A DNA stretch of 64,000 nt from an uncultured delta proteobacterium. GTDB taxonomy: Bacteria > Desulfobacterota > Binatia > Binatales > Binataceae. Made by a program: the position numbers and the translations under genes. Positions 37,769 through 48,381 of this stretch are shown here, one piece after another (within the stretch, counting starts at the first letter, position 1; every line of letters starts with the position of its first letter). The stretch lies in contig CAWCDG010000004.1 of NCBI GenBank assembly GCA_963794325.1, positions 1,120,001-1,184,000 on the forward strand, written 5' to 3'. Under the pieces are notes generated by a model. That model ran no database searches. It saw only the letters and a list, made by a program, of their open reading frames with translations, and had not been told where the DNA came from.

Positions 37769-38419
37769 CTACTTGTGTGGCCATGAGCGATCCCATTGCT
37801 CGTCATGGATGCGTGGGAGCACCGGTTTGCGCATCGGGCGGTTGAAACCTTCGGCGGGATAACCCATCGGCACCAACGCGATCAGTTGATACTCCGCCGG
37901 CACCTTCAGCAGAGCCTTGGTCTCGGACTCTTTGCTGGTGAGCATCGTAGTCATCGCCGTGCCGATGCCGACCGCGCGAGCGGCCAGCATCATCAGCTCG
38001 AGCGCGGGGAAAATCGATCCATAGGTCGCGCCGAAATTAAACAGGTCGGCTTCGCTGCCGCGCTCGACACGCATCTTCGGCCGATCGAGGAAGACCACGA
38101 CATGCACCGGCACGATCGCGAGCTGCGCGGCGAACTCGTCGCCGGTCTTGAGCGCCTTGACCGCACGCGGCGACAGCTGTGTCCGTCCGCGGATAATCGC
38201 GATGTCCTTGTACGGCACCCACACCGATTCGTACAGCTTCTGAATTTCGCGTCGCGCATTCGCCTCGCGCACCACCACGAATTCCCACGGCTGCGCATTC
38301 GATCCCGACGGCGCCATGTTCGCCGTCTCGAGGATTTTCATCAACTCCGCTTCCGCGATCGGCCGGTCGATAAAGCGGCGCATCGTGGGCGTTGAGGTTG
38401 CGACTTCGAAGAAATCCAT
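37769..38419 (-). CDS. Nitroreductase-family protein
   Basis: MRRF, APSGSNAQPWEFVVV, MLAARAVGIG, MGYP. Confidence 0.92.
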   Translation of the reverse strand: MDFFEVATSTPTMRRFIDRPIAEAELMKILETANMAPSGSNAQPWEFVVVREANARREIQKLYESVWVPYKDIAIIRGRTQLSPRAVKALKTGDEFAAQLAIVPVHVVVFLDRPKMRVERGSEADLFNFGATYGSIFPALELMMLAARAVGIGTAMTTMLTSKESETKALLKVPAEYQLIALVPMGYPAEGFNRPMRKPVLPRIHDEQWDRSWPHK

Positions 38420-38443
38420 CGGCGTCCTCTTTTTTTCGGTGAT

Positions 38444-39517
38444 TCAGACGATTTCGATCGGGTGTTCGCGGCGCGTGACGACCCGGCCGACGATCGCGGC
38501 CTCGCGATGCCCACAGTTCTGCAACTCCGCGACCAGCTCCAGCGACTGCTTGTCGGGGATCGCGATCAACAACCCGCCCGAGGTCTGCGGATCGAACGCA
38601 ATCGTCGCGATCTCGTCGGCCACTTCGTCGGAGATCCGGACGCTCGGCGCGTAGTACTCGCGATTGCGCTCACCGCCGCCGGGAATCATTCCAGCGCGAC
38701 ACTGCTCGAGCACGCCCGGCAGCAGCGGCAAATCAGACTCCTCGAATACGAACGTGACGCCGCTGCCCTCGGCCATCTTGAGCGCATGACCCACGAGCCC
38801 GAATCCGGTGACGTCAGTGGCGGCGTGGACGTCGTACTTGAGCATCGCGGATGCGGCCGCACTGTTGAGCTGGATCATCGAGCGAACCGCGGCCTGGTAC
38901 GCGTCCTCGCCGAGCGCGTCGCGCTTGAACGCGGTCATCAAAATTCCCGTGCCGAGCGCCTTGCTCAGCACCAGCGCGTCGCCAGCTTGCGCGCCGACGT
39001 TGCGCACGATTCGGCGCGGATCGATCACGCCGGTAATCGCCATCCCGAATTTCACTTCTTCGTCGGCGACAGTATGACCGCCGACGATCACGACGCCGGC
39101 CTCGCGCGCCTTGTCCGCGGCGCCGCGTAGAATCTCGGCGAGCATCTCACCGGGCAGTCCAGTTTGCGGCCAGCATACGATGTTGAGCGCGGTGCGCGGC
39201 ACTCCGCCCATCGCATAGACGTCGGAGAGCGCGTTGGCGGCGGAGATTTGTCCGTAGGTGAAAGGATCGTCGACCACCGGCGTGAAAAAATCGACGGTGT
39301 TGACGATCGCGAGGTCGTCCGAAAGACGGAACACTCCGGCGTCGTCGCCGGTCGAGATTCCGACCAGCAAATCAGGATGGCTCGGCAAATCGAGCCGCGC
39401 GAGGACTGCGGAGAGGTCCGCCGGACCGAGCTTACCGGCTCAACCCGCAGCCTTGCACCGCGCCGTCAGGCGAACGAGATCGCCCCGCGACGGATTATTG
39501 TCCTTGCTCTTGGACAT
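38444..39517 (-). CDS. selD: Selenide, water dikinase; selenoprotein with in-frame TGA (Sec) at 39440-39442
   Basis: Manual extension gives MSKSKDNNPSRGDLVRLTARCKAAG-U-AGKLGPADL..., then DDAGV, TVDFFTP, ANALSDVYAMGG, GGHT, TDVTGFG, DPQTSGGLL. Confidence 0.95.
39415..39427 (-). promoter_or_regulatory. Putative SECIS apical hairpin of selD
   Basis: GGUCC-GGC-GGACC, starting 13 nt after the UGA. Confidence 0.6.
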
Positions 39518-39558
39518 CGCGGCTATTGTCGCGCATCGCACGCGCGAAGTCAGCCGCT

Positions 39559-39618
39559 CTTACCTCGCCCGTTACTTTACGGGAGAGGAGGCCGGCAACG
39601 CGGCCGGTAGGTGAGGGT
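39559..39618 (+). repeat. REP-like repeat, family C
   Basis: cttacctcgcccgt-tacttt-acgggagaggaggccg..cggccggtaggtgagggt; other copies at 57116, 58586 and 14176. Confidence 0.85.
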
Positions 39619-39664
39619 TCTCCGATTCAAGCTGTACCCATGCAACATCGGGAGCAGAGAGAGG

Positions 39665-41596
39665 CTAAGACTGGGAGCGCAACCGCCGGGTGTCGCCTAC
39701 CCTTGTCGTCACGCCACTATGGTCGAAATGGTCGAGCAGTGCGATTGCGAACTTGCGCGACGCGCCTAGCAAGTCGCGAAAGGTCGCGGCGGTTATCTCG
39801 TTGTGAGTTTTGAGATATTCGACGAGGCGATCTTTTGCGGTGGCGGCGGCGGCGCGGCTGAAATAAAGGTCGGTGGCGATTTTGACGATGCGGCCTTGAC
39901 GTTCCATCGCGGCCAGCACGGTTCTTAGATGCGGCAGTTGGCTGGTGGGAATGTTTAATTCGTCGGCTAACTGCTTGAGATCCGGCGGCTGGAACTGCGC
40001 GCCGGTGAGCGCGGCTTCGATTTTTGCGCCGAGGGTCTGGGCGTCGCCGCCTAGTTGCACGCGATGGCTCTTCAGCCGGAGCATACTTTCTTCGCGCACG
40101 ATTTCAGATTCGTGACTGATGCGATCGACGATCGGACGGAACGCGCGCGCGCCGATCTCGTAGGGCAGCCGCGTGCGCATCGCTTCCATCTCGAGGCCCG
40201 CTGACAGCGGCTCCGCCTTGTGATGCTTCGCGAGCGCGTCGAGCGCGAAGCGCTTCAGCTCGTCCCATCTGGTGCGCGTGGTGAACGCTTCTTCGTCGCC
40301 AACTGACAGCTTGATGAAGCGTGGCGTCTCGCGAAGCGCGGCTTCCGCCTCCGCGATCGGGATGTTCATCAGGGTCGCCAGCCGGGTCGTGCCGAGCGCA
40401 AAACTCTCCTGCAAATTAATCAACGCTTCGAGCGCGTCGGCACCAGTCGAATCCTTGAGCAACCAGAGATTGGCGCGATATGCCTCGATCGGTTTGCGGA
40501 CGCGGCGGCCGAGCGGGTTCAGCACGATGCCGCCGCCGAGCGTGCGCGAATTGGTTTCGTCGCGGATGACGAAGCGGTCGCCCGCGAGCGCGACCACAGG
40601 CTCCTCGCTGACGAGTTGCGCGAAGGCGGCGCTCTTTGGCGCGATCGCGCCCGCCTCGTCCATTACTATCGCGCGCGCGATCGTTTCCGCCGTGCCGATG
40701 AACAGCCGCACGCGCGTGTTGTTCTTGAGCGCGCGCTTGGCGCCGGGGCGAATTTCGAGCCATGCATCGAAACGCGCGGTTGCCGAGTCCAGCCGCTCGT
40801 CTGCGAGCACGTCGCCGCGGGCGAGGTTGAGCTTTTCAGCGCCGGTGAGATTCAGCGCGACGCGCTGGCACAGACCGGCGCTCTCGACCGAGTTCGAATG
40901 CACCTGGATCGAGCGCACGCGCACCTCGCTGCCCGACGGCAGCACGCGGAGCTTCTGTCCGACGCGAACCTCGGCCCCCATCGCAGTGCCGGTCACGACG
41001 ATTCCGTGTCCCTTGATGACGAAAGCGCGGTCGAGCGGGAGCCGGAAGACGCCGGTCGCGCGCCGTGCCTGGAAGCCGTCGAGCTGACGGACGATCTCCG
41101 CGCGAAGTTTGTCGAGGCCGAGGCCGGTGATCGACGACACCTCGATGATCGGCGCGCCGGCCAGCGTGGTGCCGTCAGCCAGCAGTTCGATCTCGTCGCG
41201 CACGTCGCGCAGTCGCGCAGCGTCGGCGAGGTCCGCTTTGGTGATCACGAAGATACCGCGGCGGGTGCCGAGCAGATGCAGGATGTCGAGATGCTCCTCG
41301 GTCTGCGGCATCACGCCGTCATCGGCCGCCACGGTGAACAGCACCAGATCGATGCCGTGCGCGCCGGCGAGCATGTTGCGGATGAACCGCTCGTGGCCGG
41401 GGACATCGACGATACCGGCGCGGGTGCCGTCGGGCAGCGTGAAGTAGGCGAACCCGAGATCGATCGAAATCCCCCGCTCCTTTTCCTCTTTGAGGCGGTC
41501 GGTGTCCTGCCCGGTGAGCGCCTTGATGAGCGCGGTCTTGCCGTGATCGATGTGTCCGGCAGTGCCGATGATGGCGTGAGTGATATGCGCTGGCAT
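39665..41596 (-). CDS. selB: Selenocysteine-specific elongation factor
   Basis: [35 protein letters not shown]; C-terminal winged helix [19 protein letters not shown]; start ATG 41596. Confidence 0.97.
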   Translation of the reverse strand: MPAHITHAIIGTAGHIDHGKTALIKALTGQDTDRLKEEKERGISIDLGFAYFTLPDGTRAGIVDVPGHERFIRNMLAGAHGIDLVLFTVAADDGVMPQTEEHLDILHLLGTRRGIFVITKADLADAARLRDVRDEIELLADGTTLAGAPIIEVSSITGLGLDKLRAEIVRQLDGFQARRATGVFRLPLDRAFVIKGHGIVVTGTAMGAEVRVGQKLRVLPSGSEVRVRSIQVHSNSVESAGLCQRVALNLTGAEKLNLARGDVLADERLDSATARFDAWLEIRPGAKRALKNNTRVRLFIGTAETIARAIVMDEAGAIAPKSAAFAQLVSEEPVVALAGDRFVIRDETNSRTLGGGIVLNPLGRRVRKPIEAYRANLWLLKDSTGADALEALINLQESFALGTTRLATLMNIPIAEAEAALRETPRFIKLSVGDEEAFTTRTRWDELKRFALDALAKHHKAEPLSAGLEMEAMRTRLPYEIGARAFRPIVDRISHESEIVREESMLRLKSHRVQLGGDAQTLGAKIEAALTGAQFQPPDLKQLADELNIPTSQLPHLRTVLAAMERQGRIVKIATDLYFSRAAAATAKDRLVEYLKTHNEITAATFRDLLGASRKFAIALLDHFDHSGVTTRVGDTRRLRSQS

Positions 41597-41639
41597 GCGA
41601 TGCCAGATTACACCGTCGCAGCGGGATTGGCGCGCCGGT

Positions 41640-42122
41640 CTAATCGATACGCACGGCGCCCCATACTTCCGGTTCAACGATTTGCAAGATCTGGCTGAAC
41701 TCCCATTGATGGCCTTCCAGATCGATGGCAGCATACGAGCGCAGACCCCATGGGTGATCGGTCGGCGGCATCAGGATGGTCGCACCAGCCGCCTGGGCCT
41801 GCAGGTAGTGGGCTTTCACATCGGTCACCGTCACGGTGGTGGAGTGCGAGAGGTTCGGCCATGGTTTTTCCTGCGGCTGGCGAAGATTTGGTACGCGCTG
41901 GCGGACCCACTCTGTGAAGTCCGGGGAGCTGCCGGCAACCATTATGAGTCCGCCACCCGGCGTCTCGACCTTTGAGGTTATGAAGGTTCCGTCGGGACTC
42001 GCCATGCGCACGCGCTCGCGAAAGCCAAATGCACGCGAGAGCCAAGCAATGGCCGCAACCGGCGATTCGTACCGAATGTGCGGATATACGCTGGCCCATC
42101 CTTGAACGATGTCGCCGTTCAT
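41640..42122 (-). CDS. VOC/glyoxalase-family protein
   Basis: AAIAWLSRAFGF, DHPWGLRSYAAIDLEGHQWEF. Confidence 0.88.
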   Translation of the reverse strand: MNGDIVQGWASVYPHIRYESPVAAIAWLSRAFGFRERVRMASPDGTFITSKVETPGGGLIMVAGSSPDFTEWVRQRVPNLRQPQEKPWPNLSHSTTVTVTDVKAHYLQAQAAGATILMPPTDHPWGLRSYAAIDLEGHQWEFSQILQIVEPEVWGAVRID

Positions 42123-42154
42123 TAGATTCTCCTGCGGACGCCTGCGGGCGCTGG

Positions 42155-42195
42155 AACCTAACCCTAACCCCTTCCCGAGCGGGAAGGGGGACCGG
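42155..42195 (+). repeat. REP-like repeat, family A
   Basis: aacctaaccctaaccccttccc-gagc-gggaagggggaccgg. Confidence 0.88.
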
Positions 42196-42206
42196 ATAAA
42201 CGCGCG

Positions 42207-42581
42207 CTACGACATCTGCTTGGTGTACATCGCCATGTCGAAGTAGTCGCGCCACGCGCTGATCTTCGAGCCCGTCACTTCGAACACGCCGGCGACTGGC
42301 AGCGAGATCGCTTTGCCGTTGCCCAGGTCGAACACGTCGACGCGCTCGTTGAAGACTACGTTGCCGTTGCCGGCGCTGTGCAGCACTTTGAAGTGGAGCG
42401 ATTTGGCCATCGGCAGGAACGTATTGATCACCGCCTTGATCGCTGCTTTGCCCTTGGCCGGTTCCATCGGGATGTTGTGATAGACCGCATCGTCGGTAAA
42501 GAAGCCGAGCAGCTCATCGACGTTCTTGCGCGGCCATGCGTTGCAGAAATCAGTTACGATTTTTTCAGCTTCGGTTGCCAT
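42207..42581 (-). CDS. Limonene-1,2-epoxide hydrolase family (NTF2-like) protein
   Basis: DAVYHNIP, VFNERVD, WRDYFD. Confidence 0.9.
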   Translation of the reverse strand: MATEAEKIVTDFCNAWPRKNVDELLGFFTDDAVYHNIPMEPAKGKAAIKAVINTFLPMAKSLHFKVLHSAGNGNVVFNERVDVFDLGNGKAISLPVAGVFEVTGSKISAWRDYFDMAMYTKQMS

Positions 42582-42592
42582 CGCGAGTTCTC

Positions 42593-43081
42593 CTATTCGT
42601 TATCGAGATAGAAACGCTCTTCGTCCTTGTTATAGCCGAACAGCTCGGCGTAACGCCCCCAGTTCACCATCGTCTGAAATTGACGCTCGGGCTTTTCCGT
42701 GGGCAGGAGCATCGCGAGGTGCTCGAGCACTATTTCCCTGGAAAGCGACTTATCCTCCTGCCCATGCAGGAGACGGATGAAATAGCTGAAAAGGCTGTGC
42801 TTCTTCAATTGCTCGCGCAACATGAGCTTGCGCTCGTTGATATTTGCTTCGAGAAATTTTTTGCCGAGCGGCTCGAGCACGACGTCGCCGGCCGGCGTCG
42901 ACACGAGGCTCAGAATTTCCCCGGCCTTCATCACCTTGAGCAAATCGCCGAATTTGAAATTGAGATCGCGCGCGATTTTGTAGCCGTCTTCGCGGCCGCC
43001 GCGATCGTCGAGCAGCTCGAGCAGGCCGAAGACCAGCGTCAGCCCGGCATCGGGAAGCGGTGTTATTGAAGGGGCAGCCAT
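42593..43081 (-). CDS. Stand-alone AAA-associated C-terminal domain of an NitT/TauT ABC ATPase
   Basis: GLLELL...WGRYAELFGY; TGATG overlap with the upstream ATPase gene. Confidence 0.8.
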   Translation of the reverse strand: MAAPSITPLPDAGLTLVFGLLELLDDRGGREDGYKIARDLNFKFGDLLKVMKAGEILSLVSTPAGDVVLEPLGKKFLEANINERKLMLREQLKKHSLFSYFIRLLHGQEDKSLSREIVLEHLAMLLPTEKPERQFQTMVNWGRYAELFGYNKDEERFYLDNE

Positions 43082-43839
43082 CAGCCTTTTTCCTCGATCA
43101 GCGAAAAGACCTGGTCGGTCAATGCGTTGAACGCTTCGGTGCGGCGGTCGCGCGGCCGCGGCAGCTCAACCTTGAGGTCCCTGACGACGCGTCCCGGGCC
43201 GGCCGCCATCACGATGATCCGATCGGCGAGCTCGATTGCCTCTTCGATGATGTGAGTGACGTGCACGATATTTTTCACCGGCATGTCGGGCGACTGCCAG
43301 ATGTCGAGCAACTCTTCGCGCAGCGTAATCGCGGTCAGGGCGTCGAGCGCGGAGAACGGCTCGTCCATCAGGAGCACCTTGGGCTCGACCGCGAGCGCGC
43401 GCGCGAAACCGACCCGCTGCTTCATCCCGCCCGACAGCTCGCGCGGGTATGCTTCTTCGAAACCGTCGAGGCCGACCTTGTCGATGTAGATACCGGCGCG
43501 CTTTTCGCGCTCTGCCGGCAGCAGTCCCTGCGCTTCGAGGCCAAGCTCGACGTTGGCCTTGACCGAGAGCCACGGCAGCAGCGCGAACGATTGAAACACC
43601 AGCGCGCATTCCAGATTGATCCCATCGACTTGCCGTCCGCGATACAACACCTGTCCCGTAGTCATCGGCACGATGCCGTTGATGATCCGCAGCAGCGTCG
43701 ATTTGCCGCATCCTGAGGGCCCGACGATCGCGACGAACTCGCCCTCCTCGACGTCGAAGCTGATGTCGTTAAGCACCAGCAGCGTGCCCTTGGCATGCGC
43801 GAAACTTTTCGAGATGTTTTTGAGCTCGAGGAGGGCCAT
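43081..43839 (-). CDS. ABC transporter ATP-binding protein (nitrate/sulfonate/bicarbonate type)
   Basis: GPSGCGKST, LSGGMKQRV, LMDEPF, VTH. Confidence 0.95.
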   Translation of the reverse strand: MALLELKNISKSFAHAKGTLLVLNDISFDVEEGEFVAIVGPSGCGKSTLLRIINGIVPMTTGQVLYRGRQVDGINLECALVFQSFALLPWLSVKANVELGLEAQGLLPAEREKRAGIYIDKVGLDGFEEAYPRELSGGMKQRVGFARALAVEPKVLLMDEPFSALDALTAITLREELLDIWQSPDMPVKNIVHVTHIIEEAIELADRIIVMAAGPGRVVRDLKVELPRPRDRRTEAFNALTDQVFSLIEEKG

Positions 43840-43881
43840 GGGTCAGATGAATCCGAGTCGCACATAGTCAGGCACGTTTCG

Positions 43882-45609
43882 TCAGTAGTCCAGCCGGTAT
43901 CGCTCCGTCGCAAGGTTATACAAGGGCCGCCACATCAGGCGGTTCAACAGTAGCACCACCGCTATCATTGATAAGAGGCTGAGCAGGATCATCACCCCGT
44001 TGCCGGATTTGTAGGTCGCGGCGTCGAGCAGTGATCCGATTCCGAGTACCTGATGGGTCTGCCCGTTGTACACAAAATACTCTGACAGGATTAGCGCGTT
44101 CCATCCTCCGCCCCATCCGGTGATGCTGCCGGTTATCAGCGATGGCGTAACGGCCGGTAGTATCAGTTTGCGCCATCGCGCGATACGCGACAGCCCGAAC
44201 GCTCGCGCCGCTTCCTTCAAATCCTCCGGCACCTGGTTGATTCCCGCGAGCAGGTTGAACAGCAGATACCATTGCATCCCGGTGAGGATGAGCACGATCG
44301 ACGCAATATTCATCCCGCCGGTGAGCTGGATGAAAGCCGCAACGATCACCGGGAACAGCGCCGTCGCGGGCATCGATCCGACAATCTCCGCGATGGGTGA
44401 AAGGATTCGATTGAAGCGCGGATTCTCGCTCGCCGCGAGCGCGCACGGCACCGTCCACGCCAGCGAGATCGCGTACGCGATCGTCATGCGAATCGTCGAG
44501 AGGACGATCGCTTCGGGAATTTGTTTCGCGTCTGACGGCCACGGCTGCGATAGGGTCCTCACCAGCGCGATGAAGCCCCGGGCCAACGCCCATAAGGTGA
44601 AAATCACGATCGTGCTGATGATCAAGGTTCGCACGATTGCGCCCAGGCGCTTGCTTTGTTCGGGTGTGAGCTGCGGACCGCTGGTGAGTACCTCCAACGC
44701 CGTCGCGATGAGCCTGAAGGGGGGCAGCAGGATCGCGCGCAGCCCGCGCGTGACAGCCGGTCCAACCCCGGAAAGCGCGTCGAACATCCCGAGTGATTGG
44801 ACCGCGCCCGACGATGCCGCGAATTCGTACTTGAACTTTTCCGCCCACGTCGACAGCGGCTGCCACACGACCATATCCATCAACACGATTATCGCGAGCA
44901 GGGTGAGCAGGCCCGATGCGAGATCGAAGTTGCGTCCCTTTTCGGACGCCTCCCACAAAAAACTGCCGAGGCCGGGGAGACGATAGCTGGCCGGACCGAC
45001 CGTGATGATTTCGCACGCGATCAGGAAGTACCAGCCCGCGACCCACGACAGGATCGAGTTGTACACCAGTTTCGGCACGCTGGCCGGCAACAGCAGTCGC
45101 TTGAACTTGAGCCATCCGCGCCCGCCGAATGACTCAATCGCGTCCTTCGAATCTTCGGGGATCGTTTTGACCGCCTCGTAAACGCCGAGCGCCATGTTCC
45201 ACGCCTGGCTCGTGAAAATCAGAAAAACTGCGGCCATCTCGACTCCGAGCCGGCTGCCGTGCGCTAGCGCGACGAAGAAATAAACCGCGGCGGGAAAAAA
45301 ACCGACCACCGGCACCGACTGTGCAATATCGATCGCAGGAATCAGGATGCGCTCGTAGAGACCGCCGCGCGCCGCCGCCATGCCATAGACGATCGAAAAA
45401 ATCAGCGCGATGATGTACGCCGCGAGCATCCGGTAGAATGAGCAAAACGCGTAGTATGGAAGTTGCCGGAGCGAAACCGGGACGTTGTGCGGAATCAGAT
45501 GTTCCGCATGGCTGCGATATGCGAAGAATAGCGCGATGATCGCGGCGAGCGCGAGAAAGGAGAGCGTGCCGTTGATCAAACGGCGCGTATTTATTTCGAA
45601 CTTGGGCAT
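43882..45609 (-). CDS. ABC transporter permease with duplicated TM modules (NitT/TauT type)
   Basis: DIAQSVP, SQAWNM, WYFLIACE, QWYLLFN, GGGWNA; start ATG 45609. Confidence 0.9.
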   Translation of the reverse strand: MPKFEINTRRLINGTLSFLALAAIIALFFAYRSHAEHLIPHNVPVSLRQLPYYAFCSFYRMLAAYIIALIFSIVYGMAAARGGLYERILIPAIDIAQSVPVVGFFPAAVYFFVALAHGSRLGVEMAAVFLIFTSQAWNMALGVYEAVKTIPEDSKDAIESFGGRGWLKFKRLLLPASVPKLVYNSILSWVAGWYFLIACEIITVGPASYRLPGLGSFLWEASEKGRNFDLASGLLTLLAIIVLMDMVVWQPLSTWAEKFKYEFAASSGAVQSLGMFDALSGVGPAVTRGLRAILLPPFRLIATALEVLTSGPQLTPEQSKRLGAIVRTLIISTIVIFTLWALARGFIALVRTLSQPWPSDAKQIPEAIVLSTIRMTIAYAISLAWTVPCALAASENPRFNRILSPIAEIVGSMPATALFPVIVAAFIQLTGGMNIASIVLILTGMQWYLLFNLLAGINQVPEDLKEAARAFGLSRIARWRKLILPAVTPSLITGSITGWGGGWNALILSEYFVYNGQTHQVLGIGSLLDAATYKSGNGVMILLSLLSMIAVVLLLNRLMWRPLYNLATERYRLDY

Positions 45610-45750
45610 TGTCGCGTGACCCGAATCTTCCAGCATAGCCGCACAGCCGGTTCGCTCAAGGGCAAATTGCATTTCGGATGCGTTAATTTTGCGGGCCGCG
45701 GCGTTGACATCGCGCGGCCGCGGCAATAGCGAGAGCGCAAGAGCGGAAAA

Positions 45751-47412
45751 ATGGCAGGCGTGGAAATTCCAGAAGATCGGTGGCGGCTCGACGACGAACC
45801 CCTCGAGCGCGCCGAGCCTGAGCCTGCGTCAGCGGCGCCGACCGCGGAGATCGCCTTCAACCTGAGCCAGGTACGGTTGACCCGCGCCGTTTACGTCGTA
45901 ACCGCCGAGCATCTCGGATGGTACATCCTCGCCGCGTATGCAATCATCACGCGCACGATCGCTCTGGGAGCGCGTCCGCTCGATCCGGCGCAAGGTACCG
46001 ACGCGCTCACCAGTTTCCTGATCGCGCAGCACGGCCGCGCTGCGTTCGCACTATCCGATGCGTCGTGGGTGACGATTCTCCAAGGCTGGATCTTTGCCGC
46101 GATCGGCGCCTCCGACGCCACCTCGCGAATCGTCGTGACCTTATGCGGTCTGCTGCTAATAGCGATCGGATTTGCGCTGCGTCCAGTCCTTGGGCGGGCG
46201 GGAGCGATCGCCTTTGCCGCATTGATCGCGATTTCGCCGAGCGTGGCCTATTTTTCGCTCGGCGGTTCGACCGCGATCGCATCGCTGACCTTCATGATGC
46301 TCGCGATCGCAATCGCAGAGAGTATGCGCCGGTGGCCGAACCTGCTTCGCGCAGCAGGACTGGGCGTCGCGATCGCGCTGTGGCTGACGGCAGATCCAAT
46401 CGGCTACGTGACTGCCTCGGCGATGATCGTGTCGCTGATTCTCGTCGGCGCAGTCGAGGCGGTGCGAATCGATCACCGGCGCTTGCGCATGCGCGTCTGG
46501 TGGGATCGGCGTCGCGTGGTCGTCATCGTATGCGCGATGGTCGCGATCGGTTTGTGGCTCATCCTGATCACCGCAGGGTTTCACCGGCCCCTCGTGACCT
46601 CGGTCGAATACGAACTGCATGCCGCATTCGCGCCGCCTTTGATTGCCTTTCATCACGCAGTCCACCGGATCATTCCGATTCTCGGGTTCTACGAATTTTT
46701 CGTCGTGGCACTCGCGATCGTCGGCGTATTCGCGATCATCTCGCGGCGTATCGGCGATCGGTTTGCGGCGTGGTCCGTGGTGTGGGCGATTATCAGCGTG
46801 GCACTGTTTTCGTCAGTGAGCGCGAATCAACCTGACGCGGTCGTGGCAATCATTCTGCCGCTGGCTCTCACCGCCGCTTACGCGATCGATTGGATGCATC
46901 GGCTCGAGCGATGGAATTCGATTCGCTACGCGATCGCGGCGGCGGTCGCGCTCACGCTCTACGTTCAAATCACCGCCAACTTTATCTATCCAGCGCCCGA
47001 CACCAGCGAGGCGTCGTGGCGGCGGCATGCGCTGTTGTTCTGGTCGGTCCCCGTTACCTCGATTAGGACCGTCAAGGAATGCGATCGCGCGCGCAATGCG
47101 GCGCCGACCGGCGCGAAAGCCTTCATCCCCGACGATGCGCCCCAGGTGCAATGGTACCTGCGCGATTTCACTCAGACGGATTCGCCCGACGATGCGAACA
47201 TCGTGGTGACGATCGGCGAAACGCAAAGCGGCGCGGTCCCGGGAAATCCGGACCCGCAGTTTGGTTTCGAGGAATGGTGGAATCCTGATTTCACAAAGCT
47301 GACGCCGCTCCGCGCGATCAGATATTTGCTGACCCAGCACGCCTGGAGCGACGTCGAAATTCGCGATCTCGAAATCAACGTAAAACGCCCCGCTCCCGCC
47401 CCGTCTCCTTAA
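45751..47412 (+). CDS. Polytopic membrane protein, GT-C/PMT-like fold
   Basis: Many TM segments, LGARPL, SDATSR, AISPS..YFS, QWYLR. Confidence 0.6.
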   Translation: MAGVEIPEDRWRLDDEPLERAEPEPASAAPTAEIAFNLSQVRLTRAVYVVTAEHLGWYILAAYAIITRTIALGARPLDPAQGTDALTSFLIAQHGRAAFALSDASWVTILQGWIFAAIGASDATSRIVVTLCGLLLIAIGFALRPVLGRAGAIAFAALIAISPSVAYFSLGGSTAIASLTFMMLAIAIAESMRRWPNLLRAAGLGVAIALWLTADPIGYVTASAMIVSLILVGAVEAVRIDHRRLRMRVWWDRRRVVVIVCAMVAIGLWLILITAGFHRPLVTSVEYELHAAFAPPLIAFHHAVHRIIPILGFYEFFVVALAIVGVFAIISRRIGDRFAAWSVVWAIISVALFSSVSANQPDAVVAIILPLALTAAYAIDWMHRLERWNSIRYAIAAAVALTLYVQITANFIYPAPDTSEASWRRHALLFWSVPVTSIRTVKECDRARNAAPTGAKAFIPDDAPQVQWYLRDFTQTDSPDDANIVVTIGETQSGAVPGNPDPQFGFEEWWNPDFTKLTPLRAIRYLLTQHAWSDVEIRDLEINVKRPAPAPSP

Positions 47413-47473
47413 TCCGGGCCCCCTTCCCGCTCGGGAAGTGCCTCTTACCATCCGGTCCCCCTTGCCGCGAGGG
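47412..47473 (-). repeat. Degenerate tandem family A half-repeats
   Basis: atccgggcccccttcccgctcgggaag and atccggtcccccttgccg. Confidence 0.6.
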
Positions 47474-47621
47474 CGCTTGCTCTCTCGCGGTCCGCGCGCG
47501 ACAACGGAGCGCGGCCTTAATACTGAAAAAACCAATTCTTGCGTGCCGACGGGTGCTTTGCGATAAACTGGCCTGACCGCGCCCGCGCGTACCCCGATCC
47601 CGTCCAACTCAAGGAGCATCG

Positions 47622-48293
47622 ATGGATTCTGTCGTCAAATTCCTGGAACCCTACCAACTTCATCCGGTGGTCGATCACTTCACGGTCGCCCTGCTGATTG
47701 TCGCGGTGCTGATCGACCTTGTCGCCAGCGCCACACCCACTCGAATCTGGCTTCGCTACACTGCCCTGTTGCTGATGATCCTCGGCGCGCTCGCGGCCGG
47801 AGGCTCCTATTTCACCGGTGGGATGGAGGGCGACCGCATCTGGAAAGCGCTGGGTGATCCCGCCAAGGAAGTCCTTAAGCGGCATGATGATCTCGGCATG
47901 TATCTCGCGATTACCTTCGGCATCCTCGCCCTGTGGCGAATCATGCTCCAGGCTTTCGGCTTCATGGCCGGTTCGCGTGCCATCTATCTAATCGTGGCCC
48001 TGCTGGCGATTGTGGCGCTGGGTTATCAGGGGTATCTCGGCGGCGTCCTCGTGTACGACTACGGCGCCGGCACCGCCCTGATGGCGTCTGCTCCGGTCCC
48101 GTCGGAAGGTGCTAGCCCCGCTGCGGAGCCAAGTTCAGCGGGACCAATCCCGACGGTGTCCGTGCCGACTCCGGTAGCAACAGCGACCCCGGCGATGACG
48201 ATCGCGCCGCCACCCGCAACCAGCCCGAGCAGCATGGCAACACCGGTTCCAACCATTCAGCCGTCGGCCGCCCCAAGCGCCGCGACCATGTGA
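47622..48293 (+). CDS. DUF2231-type membrane protein with a Pro/Ala/Thr tail
   Basis: LHPVVDHF, TG..H, GYLGGVLVYDYG. Confidence 0.8.
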   Translation: MDSVVKFLEPYQLHPVVDHFTVALLIVAVLIDLVASATPTRIWLRYTALLLMILGALAAGGSYFTGGMEGDRIWKALGDPAKEVLKRHDDLGMYLAITFGILALWRIMLQAFGFMAGSRAIYLIVALLAIVALGYQGYLGGVLVYDYGAGTALMASAPVPSEGASPAAEPSSAGPIPTVSVPTPVATATPAMTIAPPPATSPSSMATPVPTIQPSAAPSAATM

Positions 48294-48381
48294 TTCGACC
48301 GAACAACAATCGTGATCGGCGGAGGTTTGCGCGTGCGCTTTCTTTGCGCGCCGCCCCTTTCCCGAAAAAACAAGGAGAGTT

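Noticed and set aside
38444-41734. tRNA-Sec (selC) or selA next to selB/selD
   Set aside because: No tRNA cloverleaf with a UCA anticodon and no SelA ORF were found. The selB-selD intergenic hairpins are a family C repeat.
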